This document shows, piece after piece, positions 1 to 12,610 of a stretch of 64,000 nucleotides of DNA (positions are counted from its first letter, which is position 1; each line of letters begins with the position of its first letter). Source of the DNA: Camelus dromedarius (lineage: Eukaryota). The notes beneath the pieces were generated by a model that saw only the letters and a program-made list of their open reading frames with translations, searched no databases and had not been told where the DNA came from. A program made the translations under genes and the position numbers. The stretch lies in contig NC_087436.1 in the NCBI RefSeq assembly GCF_036321535.1, positions 109,742,001 to 109,806,000 on the forward strand. Reading direction: 5' to 3'.

Positions 1-117
1 CATACCTTATTGAAGATCAGTTGATTCCAAATCTCTAGTGATGGGGTCTAGACAGTGTATTTTTTTAAACATTCAAGATTATTTTTGTGGGTGGCAATAT
101 GAGAACCAGTGCTAGAG
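1..117. mobile_element. MER5-like hAT-Charlie MITE remnant (cut by window start)
   Basis: 'aatctctagtgatgggg...gagaaccagtgctagag' resembles the MER5 terminal region. Confidence 0.55.
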
Positions 118-167
118 AGTGTAATGTGCTGAGTTCACTCTGCTCTGTATGTTCAGGTTTGAACTCG

Positions 168-188
168 ATATATATATATATATATATA
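168..188. repeat. (TA)n microsatellite
   Basis: Direct reading. Confidence 0.95.
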
Positions 189-1967
189 AAATACTATGGA
201 CTAGTCACCGTGGGTGCTAATACAATTCTTGTCTCTCATGTGCAGCCCACTCCTCAGTAGCTCCATCTCATCTTCCTTCTGGGTAGATCGATCTCCTTGG
301 TTATAAGATTCTCCCTTTCAAAATTACTTATCTTGAACTGAATTAAGCATCCTTTAGCTGGGGTAAATCCACCTCCACCAGTGGACAAAAACCCCATGAA
401 AGAATGGGTCGTGCCTACATGTGAGGCATGCCTACATGCCTTCAGTGACCAGCACAGGGCCCAGCACCTGCAACGTGGTCAATACACAGTTAGTGGAATA
501 GTTAATACACACTTTGATGAATAAACAAACCAAGACATTTTAGGAAAGAAAGGGCAACAGTGTCAAACATTCCTCAGCAGTCAAATAATGTAAGGACTGG
601 AAAGTATCTTGTGGATTTAGTGACCTGGGTAAAAACATGTTCTACGTATCAGATCTTCCTGTTGTAATTTCATCAGACTCACCAGCATATTAAGAGTCCC
701 AGGAGATACTGCAGTAAAGGTACACATTTAACCTTTTTAATACAATGATTTTTGGCATGCATTTGATCTCAGAACCGTTTTGCCCAAAATACTAATCAAT
801 CCCCCAGGGAACAATTTTTCTGATGACCAGTGGCTGAGAAGCCCTGCATTCCCATGGGAAGCCCTGATCCCAATGCATGGGAGCACCTGCTGTTTCCCCA
901 GCAGGTTGGTTCTGAGAGCTTTTGCCTAGAAGTCGCTCTCCCACTCACATTTCACAGCGAAGGGAAATACCATCCCCCATACATGTGCAAAGGACTTGAG
1001 TCAACCAAAAATTAGAAAGCTGCTCAAATGACTTCCAAATCTCTTGACCACCTCAGACACACTTACTTGCCCTCCAAGATGTCAGCGAAATGTCATTCTT
1101 TACCGAACTTCATCTCTGCTTCTATATGTACGCTACTGATGTGAACTGTGCTCACCTCTGGAAAGCATTTCTCATATTGTGCTTCACACTCTATAAAGGC
1201 GAGGACTTCATTTTCCTCTGACCTAGTCCAAGTAGCATAGAGACATCTTTAAGAATGATTTCCCGAGTGAGTGCATTAATGACTTTGTGAGCACTGGGTC
1301 TCCAACACCAACCACAGTCCTAGCACACTAAAAAGACACTCAGTAAGCACTAACTGAATCTTTACATAAATGAGTGAAATTATTCGACTGAGCTAAGCCT
1401 CAGTTTCCTTGTCTCAGAAGAGCTTCTGATCATAAAAAGTACCATCTAGAAATTTAACAAGTCTAGGATCTGAGACACAATAAGTCAATATAAGCATTAT
1501 TGCTCTCTCTTTAAAAAAAAATAAAGATGAATTTGGCCTGACATAAGTACAAGACAGTCAATTATTTTTAAGATAATACAAGAACTCTACTTCTCAGTAA
1601 TTTCACTAGTTATTAGTTTCTAATAAAAGAAAAAAGAACAGAATCATCCCAAAATACATTTTACCTTTAAAGGAGAGTTCTGAATAAACTTTGATGATAA
1701 ATAATAGTTTGATGATTTTATATTTAATACTAAATATTACCTGGGGTACACATTTCCTGCATGAATCCCTAGATATATAGCCAATCAATTGCACATGAAG
1801 AAAGCTAGAAGCTAAGAGAAGAGACTTCTAAAACAGTAACTCTTAAGAAACAGATCTCTTTTGCCTGGGAAGGCGTGGGCTGAAAGGGGGTGATACGGAT
1901 CTCTAGATCTTTTTCCTGTGTGCCATCCAATCTCCCCTTCTCCGCTAACCCCATCTGTTTTCTCTAG

Positions 1968-2044
1968 GTGGCCATCCTGAACTTACTGAGTTGTCCGTGT
2001 CGTTTCGAGGAAGCAGACATCACTGTCTTTTCATGCAGGAGTGG
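1968..2044 (+). other. Candidate spliced exon (77 nt), unknown transcript
   Basis: CTAAC branch motif 1945-1949, pyrimidine tract ending 'ttttctctag', donor 'TGG|gtaagt'. Confidence 0.35.
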
Positions 2045-2087
2045 GTAAGTGACTCAGGCTTAGTCAAACACAGCCAATAAGACTTAA

Positions 2088-2553
2088 GTGTCCTTCCTCG
2101 TTATTCATGGGCTTTGTATTTGTGAACACTTCTACTTGTTAAATGTATTTATAATCCCCAAATGAACATGCACAATGATTTCCTAGTCATTTATAGCTCA
2201 GAACAGCACAATATTTGTCACCTAATATATACATTCTCAGCTGAAGTTGAACATGGTGGAGCTCTGACTATATGAGCTCTTGTTTTGTAAACATGTGTCC
2301 TTTTTGAGGTCTATCTAGTGCCAAGTTTTTTTCCCCCCCCACATATTTCTGTTTCTTGGGGGATAATTTTAAAGTTTAAAATGTCCCCAAGCCATAGCTG
2401 AAGTTCTGTCAAGGGTTCCTAACAGCTAGAAGGCTGTGGTATTATGACTTATGGAGAAAATATGTGTGTTAGATAAGCTTCATTCAAGCAGGAGACATAG
2501 TGCTGTTGGGCATGTTAATAAATCAACAATATATACTGAATAAAATAGGGTTA
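2088..2553. mobile_element. MER82-like (TcMar-Tigger) DNA transposon, left part
   Basis: Diagnostic blocks 'cctcgttattc', 'ggtctatctagtgcca', 'ggagaaaatatgtgtgttagataagcttcattca', 'aatcaacaatatata'. Confidence 0.8.
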
Positions 2554-3154
2554 GCTACTTCAAAAAGACACCTGCACCCCAATGTTCATAGCAGCACTAT
2601 TTACAATAGCCAAGACATGGAAACAACCTAAATGTCCATCAACAGATGACTGGATAAAGAAGATGTGGTATATTTATACAATGGAATACTATTCAGCCAT
2701 AAAAATGACAACATAATGCCATTTACAGGAACATGGATATCCCTAGAGAATGCCATTCTAAGTGAAGTAATCCAGAAAGAGAAAGAAAAATACCATATGA
2801 GATCACTCATATGTGGAATCTAAAAAAAGAAAAGAACACAAATACAAAGCAGAAATAGACTCATAGACATAGAATAAAAACTTGTAGTTGCCTAGGGGGA
2901 AGGAGGTGGGAAGGGACAGACTGGGAGTTCGAAATTTGTAGATACTGACAGGCATATGCAGAACAGATAAACAAGATTATACTGTATAGCACAGGGAAAT
3001 ATATACAAGATCTTGTGGTAGCTCACAGCAAAAAAGAATGCAACGATGAATATATGTATTTTCATGTATAACTGAAAAATTGTGCTCTACACTGGAATTT
3101 GACACAATGTTGTAAAATGACTATAACTCAATAAAAAATGTTAAAAAAAAATAA
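2554..3154 (+). mobile_element. Young 5'-truncated L1 (ORF2 C-terminus + 3' UTR + poly-A)
   Basis: Encodes KDTCTPMFIAALFTIAKTWKQPKCPSTDDWIKKMWYIYTMEYYSAIK (L1 ORF2 end), then AATAAA and A-tail; 15-bp TSD aataaa(a/g)tagggtta at 2539-2553 and 3155-3169. Confidence 0.95.
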
Positions 3155-3353
3155 AATAAAGTAGGGTTAAACAGAAACAGAGAGAGAACAATTAAACCAT
3201 TGACTGGTTTATGAGAATGCTGTGACCAGAGGCTCATGGGAAATTAGATCTGTAGTCCTGTGTTTCACCTAGGAACAATGGTTTAATATGTGTTAATTCA
3301 GTGTTGGTTGCAACTTTATAGAATATAACCAATGTAATGAAGAGAACCAACTG
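3155..3353. mobile_element. MER82-like element, right part
   Basis: Resumes with 'aaacagaaaca...tgtgaccagaggctc...gagaaccaactgta' after the L1. Confidence 0.8.
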
Positions 3354-4064
3354 TATTCCCATGGACTTTTGCTTGCACTAAATAGCAAGAGTCTGCTTTC
3401 TTCTATCCTACTGTGAAGAGTATTGGATACAACTTTTCCTAGCCACTTTCCTAAGCTCAGAGAAAGCTTGTTTGAGAATGGAACAAAGAGAAAGGAAACC
3501 AAAGTGAAAAGACAAAGAAAGATAAAAATTGATTGAGAGAGAAAGAGAGAGAAAAAAATGAATGTGAAATAGAGGCCCCAAGACTTGATACAGTTGAACC
3601 CATGGATTTTAACCTTGTTGAAAACAAATTTACCTTGGGCATTTTTTGGCTCAATAAGCCTATAAACCACATTTTTGTTTTGTTTTGTTTTGTTTGCTTA
3701 GAAAATTGGAGTTGGGTATCTCTTATTTGTAAATGAAAATGTTTTAAAATAAAAAATAAAAGTCATAAAATATTGACCACAGAGAATGGTGATCACATTT
3801 TCTTCTCTCTTATTCGTAAGAAAGGATTGACTAATAGTTTATTAAAAGTTTAAAATTATTTGTATATAAAATATGTTCTAACAATTGGACAGAAGTTATA
3901 AGCCATAGGCATTTTTAAAGGATGTTTTGGAATATTTTTTCCTTTTTTTACCTTTAGAAAAGAAATATAAATCAATGTGCCTGTGAAGGACTAGGAATAC
4001 ATTTTCATGTTATCTTCTCTTTGCTTTGTTTAGTTAAGAATAGTTTATTTCTAATTAGATCCTT

Positions 4065-4320
4065 TAATAAAAACATTGGGATTAAGACATATCCAAGTCT
4101 GAATCCTAGCCTATTTACTAGCTCTGTGATCTTAACTTTTCTAGGTCTCATTTTGCTCATATGCAAAATAGGAGGTGATGTGTATTTGGATTTGCACATA
4201 GTAGGTATTCAAGTTATTCTTGAAAGAATAATTGTTATAAGAATTAGATGTGGTAACATAAATAAAGAGATTACCGTAGAGCCTTGAGCATGGTAGGTTC
4301 AGAAAAAAATGTCTATTATG
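4065..4320 (+). mobile_element. MIR SINE remnant
   Basis: 'ctgaatcctagc...ctagctctgtgatctt...ctcattttgctcatatgcaaaatagg' core and MIR-type tail. Confidence 0.7.
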
Positions 4321-6624
4321 ATCTATTGCTGCTCCTTTCCATCACTTGTCTCATACTCAACAATTTAGATGCAATTAGGTAATAAAAAGTCAAAAACAAA
4401 ATCTAAGGATTTGCCATTTTGCAATACATATTTTTTGTCATCTCTGTTCTAGGCATTGTAGGATTTACTTGAGAAGACAGAAGAGAAAACATGGCACAAT
4501 TCATCTTCTGGAAGAGTTTGCCAACCAGTAGAAAGTATACATATGTAGATAAATAGAATTCAAGCTAGATTTCTTTAAATTCTATCCTTGAAATACATTG
4601 TTGCAGCATCAGTGGGTCTCTAAGGAAGGAGAGATCTCTCTATGGAAAAAAGACATGTTTGAAATGGAGACTGAGAAAATGAATCAGGATTCATTATTGT
4701 CGATAAGACTGCAGTGGGGGTCCACAGGAGGCTGTGGACTCAGGCTAGGCAACTGAATATAGCCCAAAAGCACATGGAGTCATCCATGAGATGGCAAGGT
4801 AGATACAACTGATTTTTGTGTTGTTCTATTAAGAAACCAGTGGAAGAATCTGAAAATGTCCCAGCTTCAAAATACAAAGCGGATTCACAGCAAGCTCTCC
4901 AAATCTTACTCAAAGGTATGCGTTATCATCTTCTTCAATTCTGATTAAAAATGGGCACAGGTTCGTCATTAGATGTTCCAGAATCATCTTCTAACAAACT
5001 CCACCTGACTGGATTTCTCTTCTCTGGGAAATTGGTATTGATTTTCAATTTGTATTTCTTTTCAGTGATTATAGAAACACTTGAACTACAATGCGCGTAA
5101 GCATGTATGTTTTGATCATCTTTACTCTCTTCCCGAATTTTTCCTCTGCATATTTTAAATGTTAGGAATCAAAACAACTAATGTTACCTTCTGGTATTTT
5201 CCCAATGGCTGATTTTTTTTTTTAATTTATACTATTTACCCTCTATTTCTTACCAGCATTTTTCTCCCCAAATTCATATTATCTTTTTAAAGTCTTCCTG
5301 CAGCTTTTCTTAAAACTCATTACGGATTCTTCTTTTTACTTCTCCTCTGTATAGTAGCAAACCAGAATTTTACAACTGAGGAAAGAACAATAGGCTAGAG
5401 ATCGTTATTCTAGAAGTTCATTTTACTTTTTTCCCCCCAAATTCCTCATAAGCCAAGTTTGGAACTGATTAAACAGATGAGGTATAAGTCACAAAAGTTG
5501 CTGAAGACTGCTTTATTCACTCCCAATGAAAACATTTGATGACAGGGGGAGAAGTAGGGAAACTGATGGAAGAAAAATATAAAGGAAATACTGGTTACTG
5601 TTGCACTTCTGAGCACCCTGATCTGATGCTTGCCAAGACCTCATCACCAGCGTGATGGTGGACGAAATGCCACACATCCACGTGTCTCAGTCCTGCTCCC
5701 TGCGACGTCATCTTTATAATGAAAACAGTGGAAACATTTTAGGAGAAACTAGTCTATAAAATGTGGATCTGCTTTGACGTCCTCTGCTGGAACATCAGGA
5801 GGGAGGGATGATTTTTATTACCTGAGGATCCCAAATGAGCTGCAGGAGGATCTAAACAAAGAAGCAGAACAGGAACAACTTCCATGCTTGAAAGCCTCAC
5901 TGACAAACAACCACCAAGAAACATGCACTCTTGTGCACATCAGCAGTGGTTAAGAAAGACAGACATTGGGCTGGCCTCCTCTCTCCCACTGAAAGCAGCC
6001 GCCAAGGGAGGCCCTCTTCTGCAGGTGTTTCCCACTGGCCAGGCGGGAAGTCAAGCGACGCAGGCATCACAGTGGGCAGTAAATCAGACATCGTCTCTCC
6101 TGGAGGAAGGCCAAACTGCCCTTGGGAATATCAGCGACAGCTCCCTGGTAGCTCAGGGAGCAGGGACCCGTTTCAATCATTTCTATGAACCCCTCAAAGC
6201 CCGTTGTTTCGGCAGGAGGGGCTGGTTGTTGGAGGAGCATCCTACTGAAGTTGTAAAGGGAAAAATAAAAGCCCTGCACTCATTCCTCCAGACTCGGATG
6301 CTGCCGGAAAACTGATCCTGGGCCGTAATTCACAAAGTGAGGTTTGCCCTGGCTTTCACTTTCTTCTCTTTTTTTTTTTTTCCCCGGCCTCTGCGTGCAT
6401 GGCAAATAACCCCCAGATCTGTAGTTGGGTGAAAGCAGGCATTTTAAATGAAAGCAAAATTTCAGGATAATCCACACAGTATGACATTCATCCAGTAGCA
6501 ACAATGGTTTACAGGACAGAGTGGACTCATACGTGTGAACAGTCTATCTGGTTGACATTGGTGTGTTAACAGGGAAAGTCTGGACCAAATTATTGGTTAC
6601 AATAGTCTGTGGTAAAATTACGGG

Positions 6625-6780
6625 GTTTATTGGCTGGGAAGTCTGGATTTGAGTCTTAACCCCATTACTGATCAGCGGTGAGAATGTGAGTGAGCCTCTC
6701 CCAGCCTTGGGTGTCCCTGTAAGATGGAGATTGTGCTCTTCCTTTGTAGTGTCAGGAATCCTTCATAAGATAATGCAAAA
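6625..6780 (+). mobile_element. MIR SINE remnant
   Basis: Degenerate core 'ctggattttgagtctt...ctgtaagatggag...aagataatgca'. Confidence 0.5.
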
Positions 6781-6781
6781 A

Positions 6782-7238
6782 TATTCAATGAGCTTCCTAT
6801 TACTTCTGTAACAAATGATCACAGACTTAGTGGTTTAAAACAGCACCTATTTATTCTCTTTCTGTTCCAGAGATCAGAAGGCCAAAAATAAGCCTTACAG
6901 GGCTGAAATCAAGGGGTCAACAGAAATATTCCATCCAGAGCCTTCAGAACACATTTCTTTCCTCTTCTAGCTTTTATGGGTTGTCGCCTGTCATTGTTTT
7001 GCTTGTGACTCGCGCCAATCTTTTCTTCCCTTATCACATTGCCTGCTCCCTTCACTAGTCTCTGACCTTCTGCTTATAAGAAACTCTGTCATTACCCACC
7101 ATGATAATCTAGCCACCTCAAGGTTGTTAACTTAACCACATGCACAGAGGGCATTTTGCCAGATAAGCAACATATTCACAGGTCCTGGAACTAAGGACGT
7201 GCACATCTTTGGCAGGGATCATTATTTAGCCCATCACA
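6782..7238 (-). mobile_element. MLT1 (MLT1D-like) MaLR solo LTR
   Basis: 'tgtaacaaatgatcacagacttagtggtttaaaacagcac' ... 'catattcacaggtcctggaactaaggacgtgcacatctttgg...ccatcaca'. Confidence 0.85.
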
Positions 7239-8224
7239 CTTAGCTCAGGGTTGACACAAATAAACATGCAACAACTTTCAGCTCCAGTATCCTCTCCCAG
7301 GGAAGGTAGACCTGATTGCTCTTTTTCCCAATTATCGCCTTGAACACGCCTCTCAGAGTTCCAAAAAGAAACGCTGCAGGCATCCTCTAAGAGTGTAATG
7401 GTAAAGTCTTAAAATCCACATGCGGGCAGAAGTCATATATTTATGTTGTGTCTTTGTTTCCTTTGGTGAGTGTCTATGGTGTAGTGTGTTCCGTTAATCT
7501 GAGCTATGTTAGGAAAGCATCCAGAAGAAAGCCAAATTATGTAGTCAGCTGTAAGTGTAAAACCATCATAAATGAAGAGGAATTTTTTTCACTCAGTGGG
7601 TTCTGAAACTAGTTACCAAAAAGCCATTTGTATTATAAGAATGAGAGAATCATCTTACTTTTTAGAGTCCATGAGAATCCAGGCCTTGTGATATGAGGGA
7701 ATTGAAACTTCTAGGTATTTTTCAGCTTCTAATTGAATATTCTTTCAAATTGTACTGACATCATAATCATTTATCTTCAACAAAAGCAGAGGGAGGCTAA
7801 AATAGTTTCAGTTTCACTCTGTGTTAATGGTAAATTCCTATCCTTTTGCTGATGTCCGCTATAAAGTGATCATTCATACTGCCATCACGTGAAATGAACC
7901 AACTAAATCAAAATATTTTTCATAGGGGAGTAGCCGAGGGAAGTGAAAGAAACAACATGCTAGACTTCTCATGCTGGGCTATTTTTGGATAGTCTTCTTC
8001 AGGGATCAATTTAAAGCTAACTTTTACAACAAAGCTTTATTCAATGAGGCAGAAAAATATGCAGAACCCAACACATATTTAGCAAAAGTAGTCAGCTGAC
8101 TGAACCTGATTTAGAGATACAAAATATTGAGTTTTTTCTCCATAGCACAATTGCTACCAGGAACAGTAATGTTCGATTTATTCACTTTATTATTTCATCA
8201 AAGATCTTTGACAAACCTACCATT

Positions 8225-8395
8225 GTTTCATTCACTCCTTCATTCAATCATTTGTTCCTCCTTCTTCTCAAGGTTCAGTTTGTATGTTCATGTATTTACT
8301 CACTTAACAAAGCTGCACTGGGTACCTTATCTCTGCTCACATTGTGTTGGGGACCCGAAATGTACAGATAAATCAAATACACACAGGTCCTAGCA
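8225..8395 (-). mobile_element. L2 3' end remnant
   Basis: (TTCA)n-like tail followed by 'ctgggtaccttatctctgctcacattgtgttgggg'. Confidence 0.55.
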
Positions 8396-9488
8396 ACCCA
8401 CTTCTCAGCCCATTCTTCAGTTGAAAGACTCTGAGAAGAGGACACAGAAGCGGAAGTAGTATGTTTTGGTTGATGATCCACTGGTGATCTCAAATTTAGG
8501 CAGGTAAATTGTGATAACAGACCAGTTTCATTCCTGGGAGTCTGACTGTGGACAATACACATGTAGGGAGTTTCAGCCTCAGTTACTACATCTTTGTTGA
8601 TCAATTCAAGCCTTGGTGGAGAGTTTGTGCTCAAAATCTGTTCCATATGTATTAACCTGCAATTAATGACTAATTATGTACTAGACCCAGGAAAACATTG
8701 GCTTCCCAGCCAACCTGTTTTTATCCTGGTCAACATCACTGTGGAAGAATTTGTATGGTACTGCCTCATTCTTCACAGGCTGCCACCAAAGACTGACCCT
8801 GAAATCTGGTTTGAAAAATAGGAGTGGCTGAACTTCTCTGGGATCCTGAACAAGGTCAGGGTAACTGCTGCTAAGATAACAGACTCTGGCTTTCTGTTCT
8901 AAGTTAGTCTCTACCACGATGATGTAGCTAAGAGAGCCTGGTCTTTGTAGTGTTGACGCTCCTCATGGGGCCACCGTTTGTATTTCTGAGACCTGACTTA
9001 CTCCCATCCCAGCCTCCTTACCTCTCTGTCAAGGGTCCTTCTGCTGTTCCTCAATCCACAGACTGGCTCATGAAATCTCTTTATTCCTCTATCATTTAAT
9101 TTTCCTTCACTGTAATGTCTCCACAAACCAATTTTTTTCTTGCCTCCCATACTTCCAGTATTCCCTGATGAGAGGATAATTGATAACCTATTTTTTAAAT
9201 ATTTGATTTATCATTCTCTTTACTGTCCTTCACCTACATATAGTCACCTAAAAGTTAGAGTCAAGAGAAGTATTTTTCTGTTTTTATCTCTCCCATTCCT
9301 CTGGTCTTAATGTTGAATTGATGACTCTATGGACAGACTGAAAGGCTTTATGACGTCTGGTCAAATATCTCCAGGACAATGGACCATTGATTACATTACA
9401 GTGTTCCTAGTCTTCTGGGGACTCCTGCACATCTAATGCTGAGTGCCCTTCCCCACTCGCTTTCCTCCTCAGTTCTTCTCATTTTCAG

Positions 9489-9548
9489 GAGACACTTGAA
9501 CTTCTGGGTGAAGCTATCAGTGGCTTTTACCAATCAGATATGATAAAG
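9489..9548 (+). other. Candidate spliced exon (60 nt, phase 0-0, open frame ETLELLGEAISGFYQSDMIK)
   Basis: Long pyrimidine tract ending 'cattttcag', donor 'AAG|gtatgt'. Confidence 0.3.
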
Positions 9549-9774
9549 GTATGTTCTTGAGTATGAGAAGCTGCAATTCTAGTTTTGGGAATAAGAGAGT
9601 AGACAGGAACACTAGGAAGGGAAATAAGTACCTCAAGCAAAACAAAAACAAAAGAAGCAAAAACTGAGTTCCAAGGAATATTGTATTGATCAAAAATAAA
9701 TCGTGTCTGGGGCACTTCTAAATACTTCAAATATACTAACAAAATTCATTCTCTTAATAATGTTATAATGTTAG

Positions 9775-9910
9775 ATATACTATGCCCATTCTAACACTGA
9801 GAGACACAAGCGACTCTTCACCTGGCTCATGGCAGGTCACATGGCAAGTGTGGAGACAAGAGTAGGACCCCAGGTATTTGACTCTAAACACCATGTTTTA
9901 AACTATTGGG
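9775..9910 (-). mobile_element. MIR SINE remnant
   Basis: 'tatgcccattcta...actgagaga...ggtcacatggcaagtg...gaccccaggtatttgactctaaa'. Confidence 0.6.
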
Positions 9911-10453
9911 TAATATGGCCATTGAGAGAGAAAGTGGGATAACATATTATTAAGACTATTGTAACTGTTCATAGAAACATTTAATGTTAGAAAGGGTGTC
10001 TGTGTGGGTTATGGGTTATGAAGGTAAGTTATAGAGGAAGGGGTACTAGCATAAGTTCTGCTGCTATGTTTCTGATAAAGTTAGTCTAGAAAAAAATGAA
10101 TTCCAAATATTTAAATATCTAATCCAGAAAATCCAAAATGAATGATTGACTTCCAGTGATCTTGATTTTGAAACTCTGACGTCATGCCTGATTTGGGGGT
10201 GGACGTGATAATGAAATGATCCATCCCATTTGAGAAGCTGGCATTGGATTATGAGAACTGATTCATCACTTAGAATTGCAAGTTTGAAATATTTGTTTTG
10301 TTCAATGCCAGCTTTAAAATTGTCTGTTAAGTCTGAACAAATATATTTACCTAGAAAAAATTGTAGATGTTTTCAAGTGAGATGCAAGATGAGATAACAA
10401 CAAACTGAAAGAAGTAATTACTAAGGCATTTCTCACTAGTTCTCTCGGCAAAT

Positions 10454-10478
10454 TGTGTGTGTGTGTGTGTGTGTGTGT
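10454..10478. repeat. (TG)12 microsatellite
   Basis: Direct reading. Confidence 0.95.
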
Positions 10479-11339
10479 CTATGCGCCATTCATTTGGAAC
10501 AATTGTCTAAGTTTTGGTTCCACTTTGGAAGCTAAGGAATGTGTTGAGTTTTGGAATTCCTTTCATGTGGAAGGAATCCAGCTCCTGAGGACTGTTGACG
10601 ATGGACAAACATTCTGCACAGAAAGAACAGAAGGAGGACTTCCATTTCCAGTTTGTTTAAGTAACTCCGGATAGAAGCACCCAGATGCAATGTTTTCTAT
10701 GAGTATGACAAGAGCTTCTTAGGTCAAGACATAAATAATTGACATAAATTACACTTTAATTAGTTTAAGTGCCTTTTCCCAGGGCACACAGTCTTCAGTG
10801 TTTTCTGCCTTGGGGTGTTGGGTACTGTTTTCCTTCCTTTGTGCTCCAACAGCACTTTTAACAAGAAAAAAAATTACTATGTATCATAAGGATACCATGA
10901 AGACAGAAACTGTGTTACAGCTATTTTTCCTATTGGCAGATATTGATACCTGGTCATCAGTGGAAAGGTGGTTGAGAAAATAGATGCCCAAATGAATGAT
11001 ACATGAATAAAATGCTTTTGTCAAGATTTAGAGTTAAATCAGTATCTTTTTAGGAGAATCAGCAGACCCCCTCCCAATTTTTTTGTCCCCAATTTAGATG
11101 AATATTAATTTTATAAACATAGTTTATACATATTGTTAGAGAAGAAAATACATTTAAATGTCCTATTTCATAAATGATCAAAATAGGTGACAAAAAGTCA
11201 GTAATTTGGAGCCACTGTGAAGATAGTAGAGGTGGAATGTCGTGGACGTAGTCAGAGGAAACTGAAGTAGGATTCTATTTTGTTGTTGTTTCTTTTATTG
11301 TGCTTCTTTTTTTATCCTTCTATTTTGTTTCTTTTATTT

Positions 11340-12110
11340 TAATACTCCATCACTTTCCAACTCAAAACTTTCCAATGGCTTCCCATGGATCTATAATAAT
11401 ATCCCAACTCTTTAACCTGGCTTAGAAAACCACACTTAACCCCATCCCTGTCCACATCAATGGCCATATCTTATTCTATATCCGACTGTGGTTTCTCATC
11501 TCTCCTCAGGGCCTTTGCACTAGCTCTGACTGGAATTCTACCCCTTCATCTTCACTTGGCTGGATCCTTATCCATCTTTAGTTTCTCAATTTCATTGATT
11601 CCTCTGAGAGACTTTCCCTGAACACTTCCCAGACGAATCCCCCTGTCACTCAGTATCATAACATCTTATCTTAATTCTCTGCTTGTATGTTGGAAAAGCC
11701 ACACGTTCATGTCCCAGCTGAGCCTACCTGAGTTTTAGCCATCTCAGTCCTGACAGGAGGCATATAGGTAAGGAAGCTATTTTGGACGTGCATCCTCCAG
11801 CCTCAGTGGTTCTGTCTCTCAGGCATTCACATCATCCCATGGAGCGAACAGCCATCTCCACTATGCCTTTTTAGAATTCTCATCTTATAGGATCCCTGTA
11901 CTCATTACACAAAGCAATAGATGGAGCAAACACTCACTGATCACAATCTGCAGTTACCTTGTTATTGGTATGCTTTTAAAAATCTTTATCCTCCTTCAAA
12001 GATATCAGTTCCATGATGTGTGAACATTGTTTTGCTTAATGCTGAGTCCTCCACACCACTGGGTGGCACATAGTAGGTGTCCCACAGCATTTGCTAAATA
12101 AACAAATTAA
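11340..12110 (+). mobile_element. L2 LINE 3' region, interrupted by an MLT1 fragment
   Basis: 'ctcaaaactttccaatggcttccca', 'ctcagggcctttgcac', terminal 'ggcacatagtaggtgtccc...aaataaacaaat'. Confidence 0.8.
11690..11932 (+). mobile_element. Old MLT1 (H/I/J-like) LTR fragment nested in L2
   Basis: 'cccagctgagcc...gccatctcag...aggaagctattttggac', end 'ttacacaaagcaatagat...aaca'. Confidence 0.6.
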
Positions 12111-12149
12111 CTACTTTGTTAACTGAGGTAGAGAATTTTACATTTTTAA

Positions 12150-12295
12150 TTTCATCAGATCCACTTGATGATTCTGTATAGTAGTGTCCCAATTTTACAG
12201 ATGAAGGATCTGAATATTAGAAGGACTGAATAGATTTCCCAGGTTGCAGAGGTAATAAATCACACAGTTATAATGTGAACTAATTATAGTTTGAA
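12150..12295 (-). mobile_element. MIR SINE
   Basis: 'cccaattttacagatgaaggatctga...ttcccaggttgcagaggtaataaat'. Confidence 0.7.
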
Positions 12296-12374
12296 CTTTT
12301 TCATCATAGTCTTACAAAATCAATTCTTGGGTTAACTTGCTCTCCAAGTATACCTTCAACTTTAAAAGGTTATT

Positions 12375-12610
12375 GGAAAGTGCTTAAGAGCACAGAATTT
12401 GGAGCTAGACTGCCTTGGTTCGTATCCATGCTCCTCTACATTTTAATTGTGCAACACTGCCTCAATTTTCTTAATTCCTAAAGTAAGAATTATAATGCTA
12501 ATACCTAGGGAGTTTGGAAGATTGAATAAGTGACTATATCTAAAGCATTTATACCAGGGCTTGACACATGAAACGTGGTCTGTGAATACTATCTATTGAT
12601 TATTATCTTC
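12375..12610 (+). mobile_element. MIR SINE
   Basis: 'ttaagagcacagaatttggagctagactgccttggttcgtatcc...aaagcatttataccagggcttgacacat'. Confidence 0.8.

Noticed and set aside
2628..2810. ORFs in L1, MLT, LTR16 and MER41-like regions (also 56847-57245, 54358-54640, 57608-57995, 24482-24755)
   Set aside because: Incidental or antisense frames within transposon remnants.
5884..6315. 143-aa ORF as a protein-coding gene
   Set aside because: No recognisable domain or homology and no supporting gene structure; the length is compatible with chance in GC-richer DNA.
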